A DNA stretch of 53,973 bases from Hyphomicrobiales bacterium (lineage in GTDB: Bacteria > Pseudomonadota > Alphaproteobacteria > Rhizobiales > Xanthobacteraceae): positions 1-53,973 of the forward strand of contig JAFKKS010000164.1 of assembly GCA_017304555.1 (NCBI GenBank), written 5' to 3'. The first letter of the stretch is position 1. The number at the start of each line of letters is the position of its first letter. The notes under the pieces were generated by a model. It worked only from the letters and a program-made list of their open reading frames with translations, was not told the origin of the DNA and did no database searches. Both the position numbers and the translations under genes were made by a program. Shown one piece after another: positions 46,308 through 53,973 of the stretch.

Positions 46308-47354
46308 TTAAGGCAGCAGCCGCGCGTCCGCGCGCGACCACAACAAACCGACCTGACCGCCCACCTCATGGTTGTTTCGGTCTGATCGGTTTTGCTTCTG
46401 CACGACCAGTGTGTCGCCGGAGGCCAACGTCACGGCGTACTCCACGGTGCTGCCGAGCTTGGTCACGCGCGTGATCGTCGCCACAACGCTTTCCGGCGTT
46501 TCCGGCGCGACCATGTCGATCTTCTCCGGCCGCAGCGACAGAACGATTTCGTTGGCGCTCGCCTGCGCACCGTCGGGCAAAGGAAGCTCGAACCCGCGCG
46601 TCGAGCGGAACCGCCCATCGGCAACCTGGCCCGGAATAAGGTTCGCAGTGCCGATGAAGTCGGCGACAAAGCGGGTCTGCGGTGCGTCGTAAATTTCGTC
46701 CGGCGTTCCCGCCTGCTCGATACGCCCCACATTCATCACCACGATGCGGTCGGCGATGGTCATCGCCTCCTCCTGGTCGTGGGTGACGAAAAGCGAGGTG
46801 ATTCCGACTTCCTTTTGCAGGCTGCGAATCTCGTGACGCATCTGCACGCGCAGCTTCGCATCGAGGTTCGACAACGGCTCATCGAACAACAGCAGCTTCG
46901 GCCGCAACGCGAGCACGCGCGCCAACGCCACGCGCTGCTGCTGCCCGCCGGAGAGCTCGCGCGGATAGCGTTCCTCGTAGCCGGACAGACCGACGAGCTT
47001 CAAAGCGTCGGCAATGCGTGATGGCACTTCGGCCGCGTTGACGTGCCGCGCCTTCAAGCCGAAAGCGACGTTGCCGCGGACCGTCATGTGCGGAAACAGC
47101 GCGTAGCTCTGGAACACCATGCCCATATCGCGACGGTTCGGCGGCAGATCGGTGATGTCGGCGCCGCCGACGCGAATGGTTCCGGCTGTCGGCGAGACGA
47201 ACCCCGCCACCATCCGCAAGGTTGTCGTCTTTCCGCACCCCGAGGGTCCGAGAAATGCGACCATTTCCCCGTCGCGCACGTCGAGACTGAGGTTCTCGAC
47301 GGCGACGTTGGTGCCGTAAGTCTTGCGGAGGCCTTGAAGCTGAAGGTCGCTCAT
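46308..47354 (-). CDS. ABC transporter ATP-binding protein (PotA type)
   Basis: [42 protein letters not shown] moved the start to ATG 47354. Confidence 0.9.
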   Translation of the reverse strand: MSDLQLQGLRKTYGTNVAVENLSLDVRDGEMVAFLGPSGCGKTTTLRMVAGFVSPTAGTIRVGGADITDLPPNRRDMGMVFQSYALFPHMTVRGNVAFGLKARHVNAAEVPSRIADALKLVGLSGYEERYPRELSGGQQQRVALARVLALRPKLLLFDEPLSNLDAKLRVQMRHEIRSLQKEVGITSLFVTHDQEEAMTIADRIVVMNVGRIEQAGTPDEIYDAPQTRFVADFIGTANLIPGQVADGRFRSTRGFELPLPDGAQASANEIVLSLRPEKIDMVAPETPESVVATITRVTKLGSTVEYAVTLASGDTLVVQKQNRSDRNNHEVGGQVGLLWSRADARLLP

Positions 47355-47361
47355 CGTCCCG

Positions 47362-48129
47362 TTATTTGTGCCGGATGGAAAGGAAGCGCGCGTAGACAGG
47401 AACGCCGATCGCAACCCACGCGACAATCAGCACTGTCGCGATGGCCGAGATCGTCGGCGCGCTGGAGTATTCGACAAAGGTGTAGATGCGGATCGGCAGT
47501 GTCTGCATGCCCGGGCCCGCGAGGAAGAGTGTGATCACCAGCTCGTCGAACGAGAGGATGAACGCGAAGATCGCGCCTGCGAGAACGCCCGGCCGGATCA
47601 GCGGCAAAGTCACGAGGAAGAATGTGCGCCACCAGCCGGCGCCGAGATTGCGCGCCGCCTCCTCGACCGAAGGATCAAACTCGGCCAGTCCCGCCAAGAC
47701 GAGGCGAATGACGAAAGGCGTGGTCACAACGCTGTGCGCGATGACAAGGCCGATGAACGTTCCAGAGAGGCCGACACGGCTATAGAACACCAGCAGCGCG
47801 AGGCCGAGCACGATCGTCGGGAACAGGATCGGCGACAGCATGAACATCGTCACCGCCTGCTGCCCGCGGCCTCGCCAACGCGCGAGCGCAAGCGCACTCA
47901 AGGTGCCGAGCGCGGTGGAAAGCAGCGTGCTCACCGTCGCGAGGACGGCGCTGCGCTGCGTCGCATCGGTGAAGTCGGTGTTGGATAGAAATTCGTGGAA
48001 CCACTTGAAGGTGAAGCCGACCGGCGGAAAGACCGGATAGTTCGTGGTCGTGAAGGCGGTGGCCACGACGACGATCATCGGCGCGAGAAGGAAGAGCCCA
48101 ATCAGCAGGTTGGCGGCCGCGAGGATCAT
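47362..48129 (-). CDS. ABC transporter permease
   Basis: ATG 48129 overlaps the upstream permease stop (ATGA), with AAGGAGGG upstream. EAA loop VEEAARNLGAGWWRTFFLVTLPL. Confidence 0.85.
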   Translation of the reverse strand: MILAAANLLIGLFLLAPMIVVVATAFTTTNYPVFPPVGFTFKWFHEFLSNTDFTDATQRSAVLATVSTLLSTALGTLSALALARWRGRGQQAVTMFMLSPILFPTIVLGLALLVFYSRVGLSGTFIGLVIAHSVVTTPFVIRLVLAGLAEFDPSVEEAARNLGAGWWRTFFLVTLPLIRPGVLAGAIFAFILSFDELVITLFLAGPGMQTLPIRIYTFVEYSSAPTISAIATVLIVAWVAIGVPVYARFLSIRHK

Positions 48130-49022
48130 CGTGCCGCCCTCCTTCCGCGCCCAGCGATTGCCAACGCGAGGCCGAGGATCGACAGCAGAACGGCCAGAAG
48201 GACGAACGAAATGGCCCCGCCGAACGGCCAATTCAGCAGCGCAATGCCTTGCTGATAGATCAACGTCGCCATCACAGGAATGCGCGGACCGCCGATCAGG
48301 GCCGGCGTCACGAAAGCTGAAATCGCAAGCGTGAAGACGAGGATCGATCCGGAAACGATGCCGGGAAGCGCGAGCGGAAGCGTCACCTGGAAAAAGATGC
48401 GCGCCGCGCCGGCACCAAGGTTGCGCGCCGCGTCATAGAGCTGACGATCGATGTTGAGCAGCGCGGCGTCGAGCGCCAGGATCATGAACGGCAGCAGCAC
48501 CTGCACCAGCGCGATGACGATGCCGGTCATGCGATACATCATCGGGATCGGCATTTCGATCAATCCGATGTTCATCAAGGTCTTGTTGATGAAGCCGTTG
48601 TTGGAGAGAAGGATCATCCAGCCGAAGGTGCGCACGACGGCGCTGGTCAGCAGCGGCGCGAGGACGACGAAATACAACACCGCCCGCTTCCAACCACGCA
48701 CGCGCGACAACGCATAGGCGAAGGGGAAACCGAGCAGCAGACACCACAGCGTCACATAGAGCGACATCAGCAGCGACCGCACCAGGATGTCGAGGAAGAA
48801 GCGGTCGGTGAGGAAGGCCTTGTAGTGGGTCAGTTCCCACGTCGGCAGGATGCCGCGGCCGCCAGCCTCGTAGCCGTGCAGGCTCATGATGGCGAGCGTG
48901 ACGAGCGCACCAGTCATGAACAAAAGCAACCAGATCAGGTTCGGCGCTGCCAGCAGCAGCGGCGACCAATCCCGGCGCTCCGGCCGCTCAGCGGCGGCCA
49001 ACTCAGACGTCGCTTGGCTCAT
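48126..49022 (-). CDS. ABC transporter permease
   Basis: EAA loop LYDAARNLGAGAARIFFQVTLPL. Six hydrophobic segments. Confidence 0.85.
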   Translation of the reverse strand: MSQATSELAAAERPERRDWSPLLLAAPNLIWLLLFMTGALVTLAIMSLHGYEAGGRGILPTWELTHYKAFLTDRFFLDILVRSLLMSLYVTLWCLLLGFPFAYALSRVRGWKRAVLYFVVLAPLLTSAVVRTFGWMILLSNNGFINKTLMNIGLIEMPIPMMYRMTGIVIALVQVLLPFMILALDAALLNIDRQLYDAARNLGAGAARIFFQVTLPLALPGIVSGSILVFTLAISAFVTPALIGGPRIPVMATLIYQQGIALLNWPFGGAISFVLLAVLLSILGLALAIAGRGRRAAR

Positions 49023-49078
49023 CCAGGCTCGGCCTTCTCAACAGATATCACTCGCGGCCGACACCGCTACGAAATGCG

Positions 49079-49831
49079 TCAATTTACGTACTGACCACCG
49101 TCGACGTCGATGACCTCGCCGGTGATGAAGTTGGGCGACACCGTCGCCAGGAATGCAACGACCTCGGCAATATCCTCCGGCGTCCCGATGCGGCCAAGCG
49201 GAATGGATTCGATCACTTCCTTCTGGCGCGCGTCGAACAGCTTGCTGGTCAGCGCCGTGCGCACCGCGCCAGGGCAAATGGCATTGACGGTAATATGCGG
49301 CGCAAGTTCCTTGCAGAGCGCGCGCGTTAGCCCGAGGACGCCGGCTTTCGCCGTGACATAGGCAAAGCGGCTCACCGCATTGAGATTGGCGCCCATATGC
49401 GCGCTGACCGACGAGATATTGACGATACGGCCGCTTTTGCGCTCGAGCATCGCCGGCGCCACCGCCTTGCACCAATTGAAAACGCCTTTGAGATTGATGG
49501 CGATGGTCTCGTCGTACTCCTGCTCGGAAATCTCAACGAGTGTTTTCGGCTGAGACACGCCGGCGTTGTTGACGAGGACATCGACGCGGCCGAAATGCTT
49601 CAGCACCGCTTGCCCGTTCGCCATCACGCCCTGGAAATCCGCGACACTGCCTTCCAGAGACAGAACATCGCGGCCAAGGGCCCGAATCTCCTTCTCCGTC
49701 GACGCCAATTCGTCATGCAGCCGGTCGGCGAGCGCGAGCGAAAAGCCACGCTTCGCCAAGGCGACGGCCGAGGCGCGACCAATGCCGCGCGCAGCGCCGG
49801 TGACGACAGCAACGGGAGCTTCAGACGGCAT
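49079..49831 (-). CDS. SDR family oxidoreductase
   Basis: TGAARGIG, NNAG and YVTAK motifs. Confidence 0.85.
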   Translation of the reverse strand: MPSEAPVAVVTGAARGIGRASAVALAKRGFSLALADRLHDELASTEKEIRALGRDVLSLEGSVADFQGVMANGQAVLKHFGRVDVLVNNAGVSQPKTLVEISEQEYDETIAINLKGVFNWCKAVAPAMLERKSGRIVNISSVSAHMGANLNAVSRFAYVTAKAGVLGLTRALCKELAPHITVNAICPGAVRTALTSKLFDARQKEVIESIPLGRIGTPEDIAEVVAFLATVSPNFITGEVIDVDGGQYVN

Positions 49832-50131
49832 GGGAGACGACTCGGCGGGCGCGGAGCCGCCCCTCGCACAAAGCGCGGGCGCGTTCGTTCCGCTTCAAGT
49901 CAAAGCAATGCCGCACGTAGAAAAGATTTTGGCCCATTGTTCCCCTCAACGGCCCTCATGCTGTGGCAACATCGAAAGCAAGTCAACGAAATCGTTCACA
50001 ACCGCGAATGCCGGTCATGGATTTGATCGACATTGGGACATAGCCCAGAACCGGTCCGCCGTCGCGGCAATATCGTACGTGCGACAAAGAGCGCAGACGG
50101 CGACCATAGTCGGGCCGATCGGGACCTCCGC

Positions 50132-51142
50132 TCAGCAATCGCGGAATGCCGCCGCGATGCGATCGTGATCGAAGCCAGCCGCGAGACAGAGGCTGAGAAG
50201 GATCCGCGCTTTCTGCGGGCTGAAATCTTCACCTGCGATGATGCCGCTTTCGGCAAGTGCGCGACGGCGCGCGACCCGCCCGGCAGCGCGGCTTGCCTGG
50301 ATGACGACGACGCCTGCGGCCAGCGCGGCATTCAGGCGATCCCGCTCCGCCGGCGTTGGAATTCCCGGCGCAAAGCCGGCCGAGACAATGCCACGCGCAC
50401 CGGCTTTCACCGCCGCATCGACCATCATGCCGTCCGCTCCCGCATAGGAGTAGACGACATCGACGCGCGGCCAGGCAGCGATCGTTTGCTGCGCGATCGT
50501 GTTCGAAAAAATTCCACCGGCGTTCACCGGCGTCCGGCGGAAGAAGACGCCGTCGCCGTCCACGCAACCGATCGGCCCGAGGCCGGGGGCCTGGAAGGTC
50601 TGCAGGCGGAATGTCGACGTCTTGACGACATCGCGCGCGGGAAAGATCTCGTCGTTGAGGACGACCATCACGCCCTTGCCGCGGCTTGCCGGATCGGCCG
50701 CGACGCGCAGGGATGAAATCAGATTCATTCCCGCGTCGGAACTCACCGCGCTCGGCGGACGCTGCGCGCCGGTGAGCACAATCGGCACCGCACCCGACCA
50801 GACGAGATGCAGGAAGAACGCCGTCTCCTCGAGCGTGCCGGTGCCGTGCAGGACGACGATGCCCTGCGCGCCCTCATGCACGAGCCGTTCGATCGTTGCG
50901 CGCAGTTCGAGCCATTCGGCTGGGCCGATCGCGGAACTGCTCACGGCGCTGAAATCGACGCCCTGGACACCCGCGATCCGCGCTGCTTCCGGCACGCGCG
51001 CAAGCAGCGCCGCCACCGGCACCTTCTTGCCCTGTTCGGGATAGTCAACGACGTCAAGCGTATCGGGGCTGACCGAACCGATCGTGCCGCCGCAAGCAAT
51101 GACAGCAATTTTGGGCAGAGATTTCGCCGCTTTCTCGATCAT
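50132..51142 (-). CDS. L-asparaginase/glutaminase family protein (type I/II fold)
   Basis: IACGGTIGS, HGTGTLEETAFFL, GAQRP and NDEIFPARDVVKTST align with the E. coli AnsB motifs TGGTIAG, HGTDTMEETAYFL, GAMRP and NDTVLDGRDVTKTNT. I moved the start to ATG 51142. Confidence 0.8.
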   Translation of the reverse strand: MIEKAAKSLPKIAVIACGGTIGSVSPDTLDVVDYPEQGKKVPVAALLARVPEAARIAGVQGVDFSAVSSSAIGPAEWLELRATIERLVHEGAQGIVVLHGTGTLEETAFFLHLVWSGAVPIVLTGAQRPPSAVSSDAGMNLISSLRVAADPASRGKGVMVVLNDEIFPARDVVKTSTFRLQTFQAPGLGPIGCVDGDGVFFRRTPVNAGGIFSNTIAQQTIAAWPRVDVVYSYAGADGMMVDAAVKAGARGIVSAGFAPGIPTPAERDRLNAALAAGVVVIQASRAAGRVARRRALAESGIIAGEDFSPQKARILLSLCLAAGFDHDRIAAAFRDC

Positions 51143-51157
51143 GGATCGCACCCGCTC

Positions 51158-52060
51158 TCAACGCTGATGCGGATGCGTCTCGTACCAGTGCCTGGCGATG
51201 TCAAGGCGGCGGCATACCCAGACGTCGCGATGCTTGGCGACATGATCGAGGAAGCGCGCCAGACCCGCGGCGCGGCCGGGATGACCGGTGAGGCGCAGAT
51301 GCAGGCCGACCGACATCATCTTCGGCTGCGTCGCGCCTTCGCCGTAGAGCACGTCGAAGGTGTCGCGCAGATAGTCGAAGAAATCGTCGCCCGTCGCCAT
51401 CGCACCACGGCTGAGCTTCCCGTCGTTGGTCGCGAGGCTGTAGGGAATGACGAGATGCGATTTGCCGCCGACATCGACCCAATAGGGAAGTTCGTCGTTG
51501 TAGGCGTCGGAATCGTAGAGAAAGCCGCCATGCTCGACCAGCAGGCGGCGCGTATGGATCGTCGGCGCGTAGCGGCAGTACCAGCCGAGCGGGCGCTCAC
51601 CCATATGATTAGCGAGCGAAGCGACCGCAGCGCGGATCTCCGCCGCCTCCTCCTGCTCCGATAATGTCTGATGGCGCACCCAGCGGCGGCCATGGCTGCA
51701 CACGTCGTAGCCCGCCTCGCGAACCGCTTGCACCACCGCCGGATTGCGGTCGAAAGCGACGGCGCAGGCGAACACCGTCGCCATCATCTCCCGCTCGCGC
51801 AGCATCCGCAGCACGCGCCAGATGCCGACGCGGCTGCCGTATTCGAACATCGACTCGGCGCCGAGGTCGCGGCCGGTGAACCCGCCCGAGCCGCCTTCCG
51901 TCAGCCCGGATTCGGTTGTCGCGTCGCCGTCGGGGATCGAAGGCTCCGAGCCTTCCTCGTAGTTGAGCACGATGTTGAGCGCGAGCCGCGCCCCACCCGG
52001 CCAGCGCGGATCAGGCGGGACGGGACCGTAACCAACGAAATCGCGTGAAGGACCACTCAT
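51158..52060 (-). CDS. puuE: PuuE-type allantoinase-like polysaccharide deacetylase family protein
   Basis: RDFVGYGPVPPDPRWPGGARLALNIVLNYEEGSE, FEYGSRVGIWR, ERPLGWY, GGFLYDSDAYNDELPYW, KMMSVGLHLRLTGHPGR and DIARHW match my memory of PuuE. Its ATG overlaps the allA-like stop (ATGA). Confidence 0.7.
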   Translation of the reverse strand: MSGPSRDFVGYGPVPPDPRWPGGARLALNIVLNYEEGSEPSIPDGDATTESGLTEGGSGGFTGRDLGAESMFEYGSRVGIWRVLRMLREREMMATVFACAVAFDRNPAVVQAVREAGYDVCSHGRRWVRHQTLSEQEEAAEIRAAVASLANHMGERPLGWYCRYAPTIHTRRLLVEHGGFLYDSDAYNDELPYWVDVGGKSHLVIPYSLATNDGKLSRGAMATGDDFFDYLRDTFDVLYGEGATQPKMMSVGLHLRLTGHPGRAAGLARFLDHVAKHRDVWVCRRLDIARHWYETHPHQR

Positions 52061-52533
52061 TGCACACTCGCCATCGCATGCGCCGTATCGATCGGAATCG
52101 CCGGCGCGATCTCGGTGACGATGAAATCGTCAGGCCGATCGGTAAGCCCCATAAGAACCAGCACATCGTTCTCCCGATCAAGGGCCGTGAACGCAAAATG
52201 CCAGATATTGGGACGATAGATCACACCCTGTCCCGGCTGCGTCACGAACGCCTTGAGGCTCGCGATGTCCGGCTCGCCCTGAGCGTTCGGCATGGCGACG
52301 ACCGCAAGACAGCGGCCGGGCAGAAGCGGAACGAACGTCTGCGGCGAATGCGGGTGACGCTCCATCTTGTCGACCGTAACTGCGCCTTGTGGGTGCTGAC
52401 CGATGCGATTGATCCACATCATCGGCTTCGCCGACGGCTCGGTATAAGCGTAGGCGCCCGGAACATCGTAACGCTTCTCGGCCCCGAGATGCTGCACAAG
52501 CTCGCCGTACGGCGCACAAGCGTGCGCCGTCAA
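52057..52533 (-). CDS. allA: ureidoglycolate lyase (AllA) family protein
   Basis: MERHPHSPQTFVPL and LKAFVTQPGQGVIYRPNIWH parallel E. coli AllA LERHPLGTQAFIPM and [20 protein letters not shown]. It has a TTG start, and the N-terminus looks a few residues shorter than E. coli AllA. Confidence 0.75.
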   Translation of the reverse strand: MTAHACAPYGELVQHLGAEKRYDVPGAYAYTEPSAKPMMWINRIGQHPQGAVTVDKMERHPHSPQTFVPLLPGRCLAVVAMPNAQGEPDIASLKAFVTQPGQGVIYRPNIWHFAFTALDRENDVLVLMGLTDRPDDFIVTEIAPAIPIDTAHAMASVQ

Positions 52534-53803
52534 AGGCTGCGGGCCCAGGGAAGTAGATGAGGATCGCCACGAAAATCAGCATCGCGGCAACAAACGGCAC
52601 AACGCCGATAAACACGTCGTTGATGTTGCCTTTCGTGATCCGGATGTTCTGCACGACGTAAAGGTTAAGGCCGACCGGCGGCGTGATGAGCGCGAGTTCC
52701 ATCATCAGCGTCATGAAGATCCCGAACCAAAGCGAATCGAATCCGAGGCTGACGACAAGCGGAACGACGATGCCGACCGTCGTCACCATCATCGCGATCG
52801 CTTCCAGGAAGCAACCCAGGATCAGATAGAAGAGGACGAGCACCCAGATGGTCACCATCGGCGACCAGTGCAGGTCGCGGATATAGGTCGAGATCTGTTG
52901 CGGTAGCCCGCTCAGACTGAGCGCGAAGTTCAACGCGAAGGCAGCGGTGATCACGAGAATGACCATCGCCGTCGTGCGCACGGAGGAGAGAAACGCCTCG
53001 TGCAGCATGCGTATCGACAGCGTGCCGTTTGCCGCCGCGATGGCCAGCGCGCCGACGATGCCGATCGCAGCCGCTTCGGTTGGCGTCGCCCAGCCGAGAT
53101 AGATGCTCCCCATGACGAGCAGGAAAATGAAGAGAACCGGCACGACATTGAGCAAGAGACGGAGACGCGCGACCAGCGCCGGCGTCGGCTCCTTGCGCGC
53201 GCTCGCGCCGCCGCGCCAGATCGACATCACGACGATCATCAGCGACATCGTCAGCGCCAGCAGGATGCCCGGGATGATGCCGGCGGCGAAAAGCTTGCCG
53301 ACCGAGACATTGGTCAGCGCGCCGTAGACGATCATATTGATGCTCGGCGGGATAAGAATCCCGAGCGTGCCGCCCGCCGCGATCGAGCCCAGCACCATGC
53401 GGTCGTTATAGCCGAGGGTCTTCAACGTCGGCTGCGCGACCGTTCCGATCGTCGCTGCGGTTGCAACACTCGATCCCGAGGTCGCGGCGAACAGTGCGCA
53501 GGTGAGAATGTTCGTGTGAAGAAGTCCGCCCGGGAGCCAGTTCATCCACACGGCAAGCGCGCGGTACATCCGGTCGGCGACCCCGCTGCGCGTCAATAGC
53601 TCGCCCAACAAGATGAACAGCGGAATCGCCACCAGCAGGAACTCGTTCATCGTGTTCCAGGTGATGTTTCCGACCATGGACGGCAGGACGCCCATGGTGA
53701 GCGCATCGCTGACATAGGCGGTCAGAAAAATCGCGCTCGCGACATGCAGGCCGGCAAAAAGGAAAAACAGGAGGCCGGCGAAGAAAAGGATGCCCAACAT
53801 CAT
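52178..53803 (-). CDS. dctM: TRAP transporter large permease (DctM); the homologous core ends near 52545 and the ORF then runs on through allA
   Basis: Typical DctM sequence runs from MMLGILFFAGLLF to VAILIYFP (about 420 aa). The remaining ~120 codons are Arg/Ala-rich and overlap the allA-like gene in another frame. Confidence 0.8.
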   Translation of the reverse strand: MMLGILFFAGLLFFLFAGLHVASAIFLTAYVSDALTMGVLPSMVGNITWNTMNEFLLVAIPLFILLGELLTRSGVADRMYRALAVWMNWLPGGLLHTNILTCALFAATSGSSVATAATIGTVAQPTLKTLGYNDRMVLGSIAAGGTLGILIPPSINMIVYGALTNVSVGKLFAAGIIPGILLALTMSLMIVVMSIWRGGASARKEPTPALVARLRLLLNVVPVLFIFLLVMGSIYLGWATPTEAAAIGIVGALAIAAANGTLSIRMLHEAFLSSVRTTAMVILVITAAFALNFALSLSGLPQQISTYIRDLHWSPMVTIWVLVLFYLILGCFLEAIAMMVTTVGIVVPLVVSLGFDSLWFGIFMTLMMELALITPPVGLNLYVVQNIRITKGNINDVFIGVVPFVAAMLIFVAILIYFPGPAAFDGARLCAVRRACAASRGREALRCSGRLRLYRAVGEADDVDQSHRSAPTRRSYGRQDGASPAFAADVRSASARPLSCGRRHAERSGRAGHREPQGVRDAAGTGCDLSSQYLAFCVHGP

Positions 53804-53973
53804 GAGCGAGCACCCTTTTCATCCTTAGCCGACAGCCCCATGCGGAAGCGGGCGGCCTGCAGTTCCTGTTCAACCTCCTGATCGATTTCCGGCACGCCGA
53901 GACGCTCACCAATACCGAGCCAATCGCGTCGCATAATCGCGACAAGCGCATAGAGCATCTGGAACGCCAGAAC
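53800..53973 (-). CDS. dctQ: TRAP transporter small permease (DctQ), C-terminal part only (5' end outside window)
   Basis: The frame open to the window edge encodes VLAFQMLYALVAIMRRDWLGIGERLGVPE...KGARS. Its stop overlaps the DctM ATG (ATGA). The call rests on position and the hydrophobic segment. Confidence 0.5.
   Translation of the reverse strand, partial: VLAFQMLYALVAIMRRDWLGIGERLGVPEIDQEVEQELQAARFRMGLSAKDEKGARS

Noticed and set aside
53406-53951. 181-codon minus-strand ORF spanning the dctQ/dctM junction
   Set aside because: It is out of frame with both TRAP genes and is Arg/Cys-rich. The junction is better explained by the ATGA-coupled dctQ stop and dctM start at 53800-53803.
1-53973. 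Search for mobile elements, integrases, CRISPR-Cas, toxin-antitoxin pairs, restriction-modification or other defence genes
   Set aside because: No ORF in any frame showed transposase DDE, integrase, Cas, nuclease-toxin or methyltransferase motifs that I could recognise. The only hints of mobility are the gene relics and short duplications reported above.

Overview
This is a GC-rich (about 60-65 % by eye, not computed) alphaproteobacterial segment that looks like a Rhizobiales/Bradyrhizobium chromosome. It carries about 50 protein genes, mostly on the minus strand. I found no rRNA, tRNA, CRISPR array, transposase, integrase or phage gene. After a 5'-truncated YhaN/SbcC-like ATPase gene (1-3450), the window is a patchwork of accessory uptake and catabolism modules. 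These comprise two paralogous GluABCD-type polar-amino-acid ABC importers, two PotABCD-type ABC importers, one MHS-type MFS transporter, one TRAP transporter and a lone chrA. There are also four SDRs, three DAO-type flavoproteins, two proline-racemase-superfamily (PRS) enzymes, two class-V PLP enzymes, and GntR, LysR and IclR regulators. Two module junctions carry gene relics (3451-4016 and 27396-27551). Many adjacent genes overlap by ATGA or TTGA, which suggests translational coupling. I see no defence, toxin or secretion system, so the best candidates for something undescribed are metabolic. (i) A ~12.8 kb PRS island (14419-27180) does not match the known 4- or 3-hydroxyproline routes, contains a Ser/Cys active-site variant, and has a GTAT(A/C)CG element inside three TTGACA-type promoters. 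(ii) A tightly coupled TRAP-allA-puuE-asparaginase operon lies at 50132-53973. (iii) A secreted Trp/Gly/Cys-rich protein with RPPHAG hexapeptide repeats lies at 13810-14292. (iv) Several enzymes carry substitutions at textbook catalytic or metal-ligand positions (AstE/AspA-like, M28-like, asparaginase-like). All family calls are motif-level readings of the translated ORFs, made without database searches.
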